A stretch of DNA of 64,000 bases from IMG/VR virus record IMGVR_UViG_3300037295_000360, positions 62,001-126,000 of that record. One strand, given 5' to 3'. The notes beneath the pieces were generated by a model. It saw nothing but the letters and a program-made list of their open reading frames with translations, made no database searches and was not told where the DNA came from. Source of the DNA: an uncultured virus (IMG/VR IMGVR_UViG_3300037295_000360). Lineage: Duplodnaviria > Heunggongvirae > Uroviricota > Caudoviricetes. The position numbers were made by a program, and so were the translations under genes. This document shows, piece after piece, positions 27,466-37,455 of the stretch (position 1 is its first letter; each line of letters begins with the position of its first letter).

Positions 27466-28002
27466 ATGGAAATAATAGAAGAGAAAGTGGAAGTTAAAAG
27501 ATATCAATGGAAAAAAGGAGATTCTTTTGGAAATGTTATAACAGTAGATTATACTGACTTGGATTTTACATATTTTACAGACGGTACTAAGATGTATAAT
27601 AATGTAATCGAAGAATTTTTAGAAGAAATAATTGGAAATGAAATTCCATTTCCAATGAGTGATGATATATCACAACTAGCTCTAGGCCTTCCGGTTGTTT
27701 CGAAGAAAAAGCAGGAAGGCGTTAAAAATGTAACATCTCCTAAAAAGGAGGTAAATAGTCCAATCGAAGAATTAGTCGCCCGTCTTTCTAAAAAAAATAT
27801 AGAACCTTTACAAGCAACTATTAATCTTAATATATTAAACCGCAATGTATTTGATATGTTAATTGAAAGTGCAGATGAAGATCGAGATGAATTAATTAAA
27901 ACCGTTATCAATGTTGCAATCTCACAGATAGAGATAAATAAACTACAAGAATATTTAACTAAAGAAGTATCAACATTTATAACTAATTATTATAATGAGT
28001 AA
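27466..28002 (+). CDS. Hypothetical protein
   Basis: ORF; ATG 27466 preferred over the TTG at 27355. Confidence 0.7.
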   Translation: MEIIEEKVEVKRYQWKKGDSFGNVITVDYTDLDFTYFTDGTKMYNNVIEEFLEEIIGNEIPFPMSDDISQLALGLPVVSKKKQEGVKNVTSPKKEVNSPIEELVARLSKKNIEPLQATINLNILNRNVFDMLIESADEDRDELIKTVINVAISQIEINKLQEYLTKEVSTFITNYYNE

Positions 28003-28387
28003 AGGAGCAACCGGCCCACGTAAAGAAAAAAGAAAGCAGTTTCAAGATGCAAACTACTTGAAGATAAAGAATATGTTCGGTAGACTATCTCCCAAGGGTG
28101 TTGCGTGGTCAAATCAAATGAGAGAACAGGGCAAGCTAGTACATGAGAATAATACTAACAGGATTAAAGATGAAATTGAAGACGAATTACAATGTAGAGT
28201 AAACCTTGTAAAGGAAACATGGATAAAATCAGGATATAACGCAGCAGAGATTAAAATGCTAGAAGAGGCTTTTTTCATAAACAATATTAAGAACAAAGAA
28301 AACCGTAAGGAAGATAATAAAAGAGCTAAATTATTAATGAAAGAAGCTTCTAATTCTTTAAAAAACAGAACAAATGCAAACAGTTAA
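27995..28387 (+). CDS. Hypothetical basic protein
   Basis: 130-aa K/R-rich ORF. Confidence 0.7.
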   Translation: MSKGATGPRKEKRKQFQDANYLKIKNMFGRLSPKGVAWSNQMREQGKLVHENNTNRIKDEIEDELQCRVNLVKETWIKSGYNAAEIKMLEEAFFINNIKNKENRKEDNKRAKLLMKEASNSLKNRTNANS

Positions 28388-28682
28388 AATAACGCTAGCG
28401 GATAACGGAGTTATCAAAACAGTGTTTGATGATAATATTAATTCAGGTGGAGAATCATTTGAATCAACTACCGTATACGAATTTGAAAATCAAGCTACTA
28501 AAATAAAATTTATAAACGAGTTATGTTTAGACATCGGGTTGTCTTTTGGTAATTCTAGAAACAAACAACAAATTAAAATAATAGAGGAATGGGGTGTTGA
28601 TTATATTCCTTCAGATTCTGCTAAAAAAGAAAAAATAAAAAACCTACAAGATGCACTAAAGATATTAGTAGGAACTACATAA
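28374..28682 (+). CDS. Hypothetical protein
   Basis: 102-aa ORF, coupled to neighbours. Confidence 0.7.
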   Translation: MQTVKITLADNGVIKTVFDDNINSGGESFESTTVYEFENQATKIKFINELCLDIGLSFGNSRNKQQIKIIEEWGVDYIPSDSAKKEKIKNLQDALKILVGTT

Positions 28683-29078
28683 ATGAATAAAACGTCGATA
28701 GAATGCATATGGAGTCCTTCTCGTAGAGATTTTAATAGATTTATTAGAAATATTGAAAAAAGTAATGTAAAAATCATAGACTACTTTTTAATAAAAAATA
28801 AATTAATTAAATCTGATCCGAGGACAGAAGAACCATGTGACTCGATAATTGGATTAGCAATTGTTAATGAGATTACTCGAATTTTATGCAATGATAGCAC
28901 GAATACTCAAGTAATCTATTTATTTAGAAATATAGATTATGAGGTAGTGAGTAATTTTAAAAATTTAATTTACAATAACATTACCGATTTTGAGTTTTCT
29001 TTAACCGTAATAAACAGTAATATTTTTATCGAAAAAAGAGTTGTAGATTTATTTGATTATATAAATAAAACAACATAA
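28683..29078 (+). CDS. Hypothetical protein
   Basis: 131-aa ORF, coupled to neighbours. Confidence 0.7.
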   Translation: MNKTSIECIWSPSRRDFNRFIRNIEKSNVKIIDYFLIKNKLIKSDPRTEEPCDSIIGLAIVNEITRILCNDSTNTQVIYLFRNIDYEVVSNFKNLIYNNITDFEFSLTVINSNIFIEKRVVDLFDYINKTT

Positions 29079-29665
29079 TGGTTAGACATAAACTTTTTTC
29101 AAAAGGAGAACTTATAAATGTACTTATATCAAATAATAGATATAGCAATATAGTGTTTCCAATTAAGGCAATTATTCATGATGTTGAATTTGATGAAAAA
29201 ATGCCAAGATATCAAATTAGAATACTTAAATTCTACGATGACTTAGACTTTCTTAAAAAGTATATGTTCGATATGAAATTTGATAGAGCATTTAGTGGAG
29301 GTTCAACTTCATTTAGAGTAGCTCGCCAACGATTTTCAAACCTAAAGGATTTTCAAAATTATATAGATTCAAAATGGGAATCATACCTAATAATAGTTGA
29401 CTCGGTTATGTGTGTTAAAACCCATGCTGAAGTTACATTGTTATATAATAATATACAAGACTTTATTATTGAAAAGACGATAAGGGACCTATATGAACTT
29501 ACACTTAGGTCAACATATTCAAAGGGTAAATATTATTATGAAAGCAGAGGAGTATTCGAGGCTCACTTGAAAAAAATGCTTGACAAAAGAGCAGGTACTT
29601 CTCATGATTATTTTGATAAATTACTATTCAGACCAAAATCAGTCGACTACGATAATTTAGAGTAG
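29078..29665 (+). CDS. Hypothetical protein
   Basis: 195-aa ORF with TAATG overlap. Confidence 0.75.
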   Translation: MVRHKLFSKGELINVLISNNRYSNIVFPIKAIIHDVEFDEKMPRYQIRILKFYDDLDFLKKYMFDMKFDRAFSGGSTSFRVARQRFSNLKDFQNYIDSKWESYLIIVDSVMCVKTHAEVTLLYNNIQDFIIEKTIRDLYELTLRSTYSKGKYYYESRGVFEAHLKKMLDKRAGTSHDYFDKLLFRPKSVDYDNLE

Positions 29666-29710
29666 TCAATATAATTAGATATATATTAAAATAAAAATAT
29701 CTAATTATTA

Positions 29711-31564
29711 ATGGAAGATAGCATACCTAAAGATTATACCGCACGACTTAAGTCAACTGTTTCTGCTAACTTTAATATAGCAAAGGAAAGTTCACTAGCT
29801 AAGGGTACAATTAGTGCAATTAACAATATATTTGGAGTAAATCTTAATACAATTAATGGTGAAGTTTCTGATGGGGTTCTTACAAGAGCAAGAACAGGAA
29901 GAATTATAAAATCACAAAAGCCACCTGATGGAACATTAGCTGCCGCATCTAAAACCGATGAACCTTTTACAATAGTAGACGGTAAAGGTACTTCACGATA
30001 TTATAACACTGAATTTGAATCAGAAAAATACGTTTCGACTGGTGCTGGTGATACTAAGAAAACAATAACAGTCGGCAAAAAACCTTATTCTGCATTTAAC
30101 AAATATTCTTTAATAAACTATCGAGGCAATCCACTCGATATATCTGAAAATGGATTTGGGATAGGAGACAAAGACAAAGGCAACATATATCAAAAAATAG
30201 ATCAAACTTCTTTAATTAATCCTACAGTGACTAAAATTATTGAAATTACAAGTTCTCTTCCTGGTAATTTTGCATACACATATCAATATTCAGATTTTGC
30301 ATTGGCGAAATATTTTGGAAGAATTCCTAATAATATGCTAATCACTTTACGTAGATTTGCATATCCAACTAAAGACGATATTATAACACCAGCTGGACTT
30401 AATGCCGATGGAACTGGAATGGTACCAATCCAACAGCCTGACATTGCTAGAGCAGTGACATGGCTCGGAGAATCAACGGGAAATACTCTTGCTGAAATAC
30501 TAAAATTTTCGCATGGTTTTAGCTTTGAAACAACTTCAGCAGGCGTACAGGAAATTACAGCAAAAACTAAAGAGTCAACTGGTAAGTTTGGAAGTTTTGT
30601 AGAAAACAGTACGGTTTTATCTGCATTAGCGAATACTGCCGCAGGCAGAGATGCAGTTGCATCTAATTCTAGAAAACAAAATGCAAGTTATGATTCATTT
30701 AAAGAAACATATCCGAATCACGTATTCGGCCCACTTAATGTTATTAAAGATGTTTTGGTTAGACAGCCTGGGCTTAAATTTGAACAAGAATTCTCACTTA
30801 AATTTGAATATGAATTAAGAAGTTTTGAAGGAGCTAATCCGAAAATAATGATGTTAGATCAGTTATCAAATATATTAGCGTTAACATATAACAACGCTCC
30901 ATTTTGGGGTGGTTCTGTCCGATATATTTCAGATGGAGCAATAACAAAACCACTGGGTAACTTAAATCTATTAAGAGGAGGAGATTATGCTGGATTTATG
31001 GGAAGTATAATAAAAGACATGGGAAGCATGTTTAAAGGTGCAACTTCGGGCGTAGGTAATTCCTTTGAAAAATTATTATCAGGGGATATTAAAGGTGGTT
31101 TAGCTGCACTTAAGGACAATAAGCTTCTTAATAATCTAATAGGTGGAAGTGCGATGGAGATGTTTAACACACCCCAGGGGGCACAGGCGGTTAACTCGTT
31201 ACTAACCGGAGATCCTACTGGACAATGGCATCTTACTGTTGGAAATCCTTTAAATCCAATAATGGTTATTGGTAATCTATGTATGACTGATTGCGAAATT
31301 AATTTTGAAGGTGTTAACACTCTTCAGGACTTTCCGGAAAAAATGGTAGTTGTTATTAAATTAAAACCAGGTAGACCCCGCGATAAAGCTGAAATAGAAT
31401 CAATGTTTAACTCAGGAAGAGGTAGATTTTACGTACAACCACATGATACCGCCGACATTAACCAAACAATTGATGTTTCAGCATATGGTAATAAAGATCT
31501 TAGAGGAGAAAGGCCTAAAACTAATGATTTTATAAATACATTTAGAAAAATAAGCAACGGATAA
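29711..31564 (+). CDS. Putative baseplate/tail-tube initiator (gp48/gp54-like)
   Basis: First gene of the baseplate block, next to a LysM/gp53-like gene; C-terminal GNLCMTDCEINF...DFP...IKLK. Inferred mainly from synteny. Confidence 0.45.
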   Translation: MEDSIPKDYTARLKSTVSANFNIAKESSLAKGTISAINNIFGVNLNTINGEVSDGVLTRARTGRIIKSQKPPDGTLAAASKTDEPFTIVDGKGTSRYYNTEFESEKYVSTGAGDTKKTITVGKKPYSAFNKYSLINYRGNPLDISENGFGIGDKDKGNIYQKIDQTSLINPTVTKIIEITSSLPGNFAYTYQYSDFALAKYFGRIPNNMLITLRRFAYPTKDDIITPAGLNADGTGMVPIQQPDIARAVTWLGESTGNTLAEILKFSHGFSFETTSAGVQEITAKTKESTGKFGSFVENSTVLSALANTAAGRDAVASNSRKQNASYDSFKETYPNHVFGPLNVIKDVLVRQPGLKFEQEFSLKFEYELRSFEGANPKIMMLDQLSNILALTYNNAPFWGGSVRYISDGAITKPLGNLNLLRGGDYAGFMGSIIKDMGSMFKGATSGVGNSFEKLLSGDIKGGLAALKDNKLLNNLIGGSAMEMFNTPQGAQAVNSLLTGDPTGQWHLTVGNPLNPIMVIGNLCMTDCEINFEGVNTLQDFPEKMVVVIKLKPGRPRDKAEIESMFNSGRGRFYVQPHDTADINQTIDVSAYGNKDLRGERPKTNDFINTFRKISNG

Positions 31565-32064
31565 TGAATTTTGAAACACTAGACCGAAAGGTACTATCAA
31601 ATGATAAGACTAAAATAAATATAACAATACCTACTGTTATCTTTGCGTCTACTACTGAAATTACTGCTGTTCATATAGTAACGCAAGATCAAGTAGGTAG
31701 AATAGACCTAATTTCTTTAATGTATTATGGCAATTCGAACTATTGTGATTACATTTTAAAATGGAATAATATTTCAAACCCATTTATATTAGTCGAAGGT
31801 GATGAATTAGAAATCCCGGACAAGGTTGCTGCTCTCGCTTCAATTATCCCAATTATTATGGTTAATAGAACTACAAATTCTATTTCTATTAGAGATCAAT
31901 TTATTGATACTAAAAGAATTCCGGCAATTGACGCAGCACGTATTGCATATTTACAAAGAAAGGCATCTCTGAAATATAATGGATCAAGACAAATATTACC
32001 TCCAAATCTTTTAAAAGAAGGAGATACTAATATTACAATATCAAACGGTATAATTACTATATAA
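31564..32064 (+). CDS. LysM-containing baseplate wedge protein (gp53-like)
   Basis: GRIDLISLMYYGNSNYCDYILKWNNISNPF...GDELEIP. Confidence 0.8.
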   Translation: MNFETLDRKVLSNDKTKINITIPTVIFASTTEITAVHIVTQDQVGRIDLISLMYYGNSNYCDYILKWNNISNPFILVEGDELEIPDKVAALASIIPIIMVNRTTNSISIRDQFIDTKRIPAIDAARIAYLQRKASLKYNGSRQILPPNLLKEGDTNITISNGIITI

Positions 32065-33567
32065 ATGGCATCAATTAACAATCATATTCTTACAATAACG
32101 GAACCTACTATAAAACTAGATGAGGTTAAATTTGCATCATTAGGTGAGAATGAAGGAAATAAGAGGGCAAATACATCATTAGGATATGATCTTATGATTT
32201 CTATTAATGGATATGTGTTTAGAGATAGTGATATATCTAACATGATAATAGATTGCCATGGCGTAATTCCAACTATCGATATTACAATAATAGACAGTCT
32301 TGGATTATTTGATGTTGATATGTTTCCAAGAGATGGGGATGTTATAAATGTAAGAATGGCGGCACAAGACAAAGTAGCATATAAGGATTTACGAATAGAT
32401 TTTGATATTATTTATGTTGAAACTCCTTTTCAAAAAAGTGATAGTTTCACTGGAGGAAAATATATATTTATGGGTAGAATGAAAATCCCTGGAATGTATT
32501 CAGAGGATTGTAAGTCATATGGTATAGGAACTTCGTTAGAACACATCGAATTAATTGCAAATGATTTAAAGTTAGGAGTAGCAACTAACATTGACGCCAC
32601 AGACGATTCAATGAATCTAGTATTGCCCTTTAATTCAGTTATTGATACATTAAACGATTTAGTTAGACACTCTTATATTGATGAAAATAGCTTTCAGACA
32701 TACAGCATCGATCCATTTTATTACATCAATTATGTTAACGTAAATAAATTAATGAATTCAGAAGAACGATTTGAATCAGTAATTCTTGCATGGGAAAATG
32801 AAATGGCAGATCGACCTGATTCGGATGATGTTGATGCTGCAATAAACAAAGCTACTACTCTATTACTATTAAGTAATCATAAAAGAAATATAGGTACCAA
32901 TTTATACATTGAAAAACAGTCTATTAAAAATAAGACAGGTGCTTCTATGAAAAAAAATGGATATAAAAGAGTTCTGCAATATTTTGAAAATGATTCAGAA
33001 GAAGGATTGGTTTCTCATGAAATCGAAGCTGCAGTTGGTAAATTAATGACGGATATCGAAGAGCCTTTAAAGGGAAGAAGAGATGAAGACAGATACAAAA
33101 ATGAAATAAAGTATAAGTATGTTGGAAGAAAGGGTGGAAGTAATGAAACATCTAATACTCATTTAAATTACGAATATTCTGCTGTAAATAATGCATACAA
33201 TATGGACGAAGTTAAAAAGATGTCACTGGATATCGAACTAAACATGTTTAATCCAGCGATACATCGATATCATAAGTTGCCAGTAATAATATACAATAAT
33301 GAACAGGGAAAGGTAGGAGCCGATAAGGTCGTAAAAGAGAAAAAAGAGAAAGACGGGTTTGATGTAATAGTACCTGATGAAAGAAATAGAGTTGATCCAA
33401 GTGAATATGTTGTTGATGAATTTTTAAGTGGATATTACATAGTAGGTGGTATGTCATATTACTATAAGGCAGGATTTAATGCAGTGAAGCAAAAAATAAA
33501 TCTTTTAAGAAGAGAATGGCCGAGTAGAGTTAATAATATAAATAAAAATACTACTGCTAAAAAATAA
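32065..33567 (+). CDS. Putative baseplate hub protein (gp27-like)
   Basis: Between gp53-like and gp5-like genes; PTIDITIIDS; C-terminal LSGYYIV...INLLRR. Confidence 0.55.
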   Translation: MASINNHILTITEPTIKLDEVKFASLGENEGNKRANTSLGYDLMISINGYVFRDSDISNMIIDCHGVIPTIDITIIDSLGLFDVDMFPRDGDVINVRMAAQDKVAYKDLRIDFDIIYVETPFQKSDSFTGGKYIFMGRMKIPGMYSEDCKSYGIGTSLEHIELIANDLKLGVATNIDATDDSMNLVLPFNSVIDTLNDLVRHSYIDENSFQTYSIDPFYYINYVNVNKLMNSEERFESVILAWENEMADRPDSDDVDAAINKATTLLLLSNHKRNIGTNLYIEKQSIKNKTGASMKKNGYKRVLQYFENDSEEGLVSHEIEAAVGKLMTDIEEPLKGRRDEDRYKNEIKYKYVGRKGGSNETSNTHLNYEYSAVNNAYNMDEVKKMSLDIELNMFNPAIHRYHKLPVIIYNNEQGKVGADKVVKEKKEKDGFDVIVPDERNRVDPSEYVVDEFLSGYYIVGGMSYYYKAGFNAVKQKINLLRREWPSRVNNINKNTTAKK

Positions 33568-33580
33568 AAATATATAAGAT

Positions 33581-34771
33581 ATGTCAGATTTTAAAACACC
33601 AAATGACTTTAGAAAAGGGTCATATCAGAGATTTCCATACCAAGACCCTACGTATCTTTCGTTTGCACTTCTTTTTGATTTCTACTCTCCTGAAAGTTCT
33701 CCATTATTGGCAGGACCGGCAGAGGCTTTTCTAAAAAATATTTCAAGTGATCCATATTATGCCGAAAGACTTGCTGATTTAAAGGCATTCAAGTCTGCAT
33801 TACAAACGATTAATAATGAATTACCATGGTACTGGCAATCATTGAATGGTTTAGAAAGGTTACAACAATATAATCCAATGAATGCATACATGGGAGGAGA
33901 TGATGCTAAGATAGAAATCGAAACATTAGAATCTTTAAATCTTCCAATTGCAGGTTTAATGCATTTATATAGAAGAGCTGTATTTGATGAACGTAAATGG
34001 AATTATATACTACCTATTAATTTGCGTCAATTTAGAATGTATGTATATGTGACTGAAGTTAGAAGTATACAAATTAATACAAAAATAGTTGTGAATGGAA
34101 TTCCTACTAAATTAAATAAAGATGCTATAAGTGGATTTCCTGAAAATTTTAAACCTAAATTAGGTGTTGAAAACAGCAATTCAAATATAGCGGGCACAGG
34201 AGCAAGACCTTATTTTATGATAGGATTAGGATACTGTGAATTTGATTTAACATCGGGAACTAATATTTTTGCAGATCTTTCAAAAAGCCCAACTGAAGTT
34301 GCCACTAATAGTATTGCAATCAAGTATGAAAAGTTAGAAAGAATAGAAGCGAGAGTATTAAATGGAATTGTTCCTCCATTACCATATACTCAACCTCAAT
34401 TATCGCCTTCTCCTGATTCTGAAATATTCTCAACAGCAACAAACGCGGCAGAATTGGCTAGAGAAAAAATTGATGGAAAAATTGATGAGGTATCTAGAAA
34501 AGGAGAGGAAGCACTTAATAACCTTGCGATTGCAAAGAAGAATCAACTAACACAGAAGGCACGCGACCTTACAATAAATAGAATACCATCGTTTGACAAT
34601 GTATTTTCAAATTTTGTCAGAGGAGTAGATAGAGCAACTGATGTTACTCAACAAACCAGAAATATAGGGATAGCAGTTCAGCAAAACGTATATGGAATTC
34701 CACCAGGCGCAACTATTGGTCAAGGATTAACACAAGGCGCAATAAATAACTTAGGAAATGTAAATGATTAA
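33581..34771 (+). CDS. Putative tail-tube-fold baseplate protein
   Basis: Synteny within the baseplate block; PWYWQSLNGL, IETLES. Confidence 0.4.
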   Translation: MSDFKTPNDFRKGSYQRFPYQDPTYLSFALLFDFYSPESSPLLAGPAEAFLKNISSDPYYAERLADLKAFKSALQTINNELPWYWQSLNGLERLQQYNPMNAYMGGDDAKIEIETLESLNLPIAGLMHLYRRAVFDERKWNYILPINLRQFRMYVYVTEVRSIQINTKIVVNGIPTKLNKDAISGFPENFKPKLGVENSNSNIAGTGARPYFMIGLGYCEFDLTSGTNIFADLSKSPTEVATNSIAIKYEKLERIEARVLNGIVPPLPYTQPQLSPSPDSEIFSTATNAAELAREKIDGKIDEVSRKGEEALNNLAIAKKNQLTQKARDLTINRIPSFDNVFSNFVRGVDRATDVTQQTRNIGIAVQQNVYGIPPGATIGQGLTQGAINNLGNVND

Positions 34772-35490
34772 TGGCAACTGATAACGAATTAGAAAAAGAT
34801 AACATTAGAGAAACGCATTGGATAGGTGAGGTTGTAGATAATATTGATCCTGTTTCTTTAGGTAGATGTAGAATTAAAGTATATGGAAAGTTTGATAAGC
34901 TTCCTATTGATTCAATTCCATGGGCAACACCCATGAATAGGGATAGTGTTGGCTTCCATAGTGTTCCGAATATAGGAACAATCGTGGCGGTTAGATTTGA
35001 TAATGGTAACATATACCATCCAGAGTATTGGTTTCAGATTAATCAAAGTAAATCATTAAAGAATGACATCCTAGATAACTCAGCTGAAGCACATAATGTA
35101 GTTTCGTTAGTATATGATGAGGTACGTAATATTAGAATATATCATTCGCCGGAAGACGGCCTTGTTATCACAAGAGGAACAGGTGCAAAGGAAAGACCTC
35201 TTATACAAATTGATGAAAATGGAAATATTAAAATATCAACCGATAATCAAATTTTTTTAGATTCCGGAAATATATTTTTAAGTAATACCGGTGAGTCAGG
35301 TGAAGATACAGCAGAGCCAGCAGTTCGTGGTGTTTCTTTACAGAAATGGTTAGATATGCTATTAGATGACTATAAAAATCATTTTCATCCAACCCCAACG
35401 GGACCATCAGGTCCTCCTACGGCAACAACACCTGTTATTATTTCGAAATTAAAGAAGACACATATTAAATATCAACAACAAAACAAATAA
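34771..35490 (+). CDS. Baseplate central spike (gp5 OB-fold / gpV-like)
   Basis: WIGEVVDNIDP..LGRCRIKVYG, IPWA, VPNIG..V.V.F.NG...P; C-terminal HFH metal-binding tip. Confidence 0.88.
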   Translation: MATDNELEKDNIRETHWIGEVVDNIDPVSLGRCRIKVYGKFDKLPIDSIPWATPMNRDSVGFHSVPNIGTIVAVRFDNGNIYHPEYWFQINQSKSLKNDILDNSAEAHNVVSLVYDEVRNIRIYHSPEDGLVITRGTGAKERPLIQIDENGNIKISTDNQIFLDSGNIFLSNTGESGEDTAEPAVRGVSLQKWLDMLLDDYKNHFHPTPTGPSGPPTATTPVIISKLKKTHIKYQQQNK

Positions 35491-35492
35491 AA

Positions 35493-36056
35493 ATGGCATC
35501 ATCAATAGAAATTTCAAAGGCGCTAGATGACTTAAACAAAGAAGGAGGAATACCTGGCTTAACATATAAGGAGGTAGTTAAAAATATTATCGATACACAA
35601 GTAAAGTCAGTTGAAAGTAAAATTAAAGAAGTATCTGATAGTGTAGAGGAAGCCGAGTCTGAATCTAATAAAATGAAAAAACAGCTTGAGGAATATTATA
35701 ATTCTCAACATGTAAAAATCATGATTAATTCAGAAATAGACAATATTAAGTCTTCATTTAAAATGGCAACTAATACCATAAAACAATTACCTATAAGTAT
35801 AAGTTCAATTGTCACAGCTGCACTTATACCTTCAGTAATAGCAGTACCGGCAGCAGTGCCTAATGTTCCACAAATAGCCATATCAACTAAAGAGAAAGTT
35901 AACACTATATCATCAATATTAAATACAATAAGCGTTATATTTTCTGGAATGTTGTCTTCATCTCTTAAAATTCAGTTTGAAATACCCGATTCTATTTTAG
36001 CAATGATAGGTGTACTTGCTATTATTAAAAATAAACTTGATGCACTTCCTGTTTAA
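35493..36056 (+). CDS. Hypothetical protein (coiled coil plus hydrophobic C-half)
   Basis: 187-aa ORF after the spike gene. Confidence 0.7.
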   Translation: MASSIEISKALDDLNKEGGIPGLTYKEVVKNIIDTQVKSVESKIKEVSDSVEEAESESNKMKKQLEEYYNSQHVKIMINSEIDNIKSSFKMATNTIKQLPISISSIVTAALIPSVIAVPAAVPNVPQIAISTKEKVNTISSILNTISVIFSGMLSSSLKIQFEIPDSILAMIGVLAIIKNKLDALPV

Positions 36057-36115
36057 ATGTACCCTAGAAAATATAATATATAACTTAATAATTTATTAAC
36101 TAACAAACAAAAAAC

Positions 36116-37327
36116 ATGATGTCAAACGACGTTACTACCGCGCAGGATTTATCAATTCAATTACTTGACTTTAATTGGTCAGAACACACAGTTGATTGCC
36201 CAACTATCTTTAGAAAACCAAATCCACATATTAAAAATAATACCACTGAGAAGGTTTACTCAAGGGATACGTATGCTCAAGAATTATTTGATTTAATGAG
36301 AAATCATGAATTGCTTTCACCCTCTATATCAGACGTTATTATTGGAGAAATGCATACTGGAAAGGTATATGCAATAGATAATGAATGGGCTTCAATCGAT
36401 GTAGGTTACAGAGAAATGATATACGTTGATATGTCAAGAGAATCTAAATTTTCTAAAGATGGACTAATTGTAGGCGCAAATGTAGATATAGAAATAACGG
36501 CCGATAGAGGTTCAAATTCTAGAGGGTTTGTATTAGGTTCAGTTGAAGCTGGAATTAAGGCAGCTACTCTCAGGGAAATATTACAAGCAGCGGAAGCTGG
36601 AAATACAGCATATAGCGGAACGGTTACTGGAATGATTCCAAACGGTGGATACTTTGTAAACATACAGGGAATTGAGTGCTTTATGCCAGGATCTTTAGCT
36701 GGAATTAATAAGCTCGCTGATTTTGAATCAGTACTAAATACTACAATGTATGTCGTACCTATGAGCTTTTCTCCCGAAAGAGGAACGGTTATAGTATCTC
36801 ATAGAAAATATTTACAAGCTCTTATTCCAAATAAAGTAGAAGATCTTAGGGAAAGTATTGGAGAAACAAAAACAGGTAAAGTCACAGGTTCTGCGAAATA
36901 CGGTGTGTTTGTTGAATTTGATGAATGTTTAACTGGAATGATTCATATAAATGATTTAAGTGTGGAAATGACTAAGAAGCACAAGTCTAGGGAAATTATG
37001 CCGGGAGATACTATTGAATTTATGGTAAAGGAAATCATTAGTGATTCTAAAATTACGTTAACCCAATTGGAGGTAGTTGAAACAGTAGATAATTGGAAAG
37101 ATATTTTGTTAAAATATCCTACGTTTCCGGTTGAAGTAATCGGAGTTATTAAATCAGTTAAGGATTACGGAGTGTTTGTCGACATAGGAGATGGTATTGT
37201 TGGATTACTACATGTTTCAGAATTGCCAGTTGGATTCGATGTTAATTCTCTTGGAAAAAATGATCCAATGACAGTTCAGGTTATTAGAATAGATGTAGAT
37301 ACTAGAAAAGTTTTCTTGAATTTATAA
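36116..37327 (+). CDS. Ribosomal protein bS1-like protein with four S1 domains
   Basis: GKVYAI...IDVGY; GTVTG...GGYFVNIQGIECFMPGS; GKVTGSAKYGVFVEF...GMIHINDL; GVIKSVKDYGVFVDIG.GIVGLLHVSEL. Confidence 0.88.
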   Translation: MMSNDVTTAQDLSIQLLDFNWSEHTVDCPTIFRKPNPHIKNNTTEKVYSRDTYAQELFDLMRNHELLSPSISDVIIGEMHTGKVYAIDNEWASIDVGYREMIYVDMSRESKFSKDGLIVGANVDIEITADRGSNSRGFVLGSVEAGIKAATLREILQAAEAGNTAYSGTVTGMIPNGGYFVNIQGIECFMPGSLAGINKLADFESVLNTTMYVVPMSFSPERGTVIVSHRKYLQALIPNKVEDLRESIGETKTGKVTGSAKYGVFVEFDECLTGMIHINDLSVEMTKKHKSREIMPGDTIEFMVKEIISDSKITLTQLEVVETVDNWKDILLKYPTFPVEVIGVIKSVKDYGVFVDIGDGIVGLLHVSELPVGFDVNSLGKNDPMTVQVIRIDVDTRKVFLNL

Positions 37328-37344
37328 ACAAATATATATACATT

Positions 37345-37376
37345 AATAAACTCCATATTTAAATATGGAGTTTATT
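37345..37376. terminator. Perfect 32-bp palindrome (terminator or operator)
   Basis: AATAAACTCCATATTT|AAATATGGAGTTTATT. Confidence 0.65.
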
Positions 37377-37455
37377 GTTTATATAATGTAGAGTATCTGA
37401 CATCAATTTATTTATTAAAGATATATAACTAACATAAGTAATATATTAATAGTAA

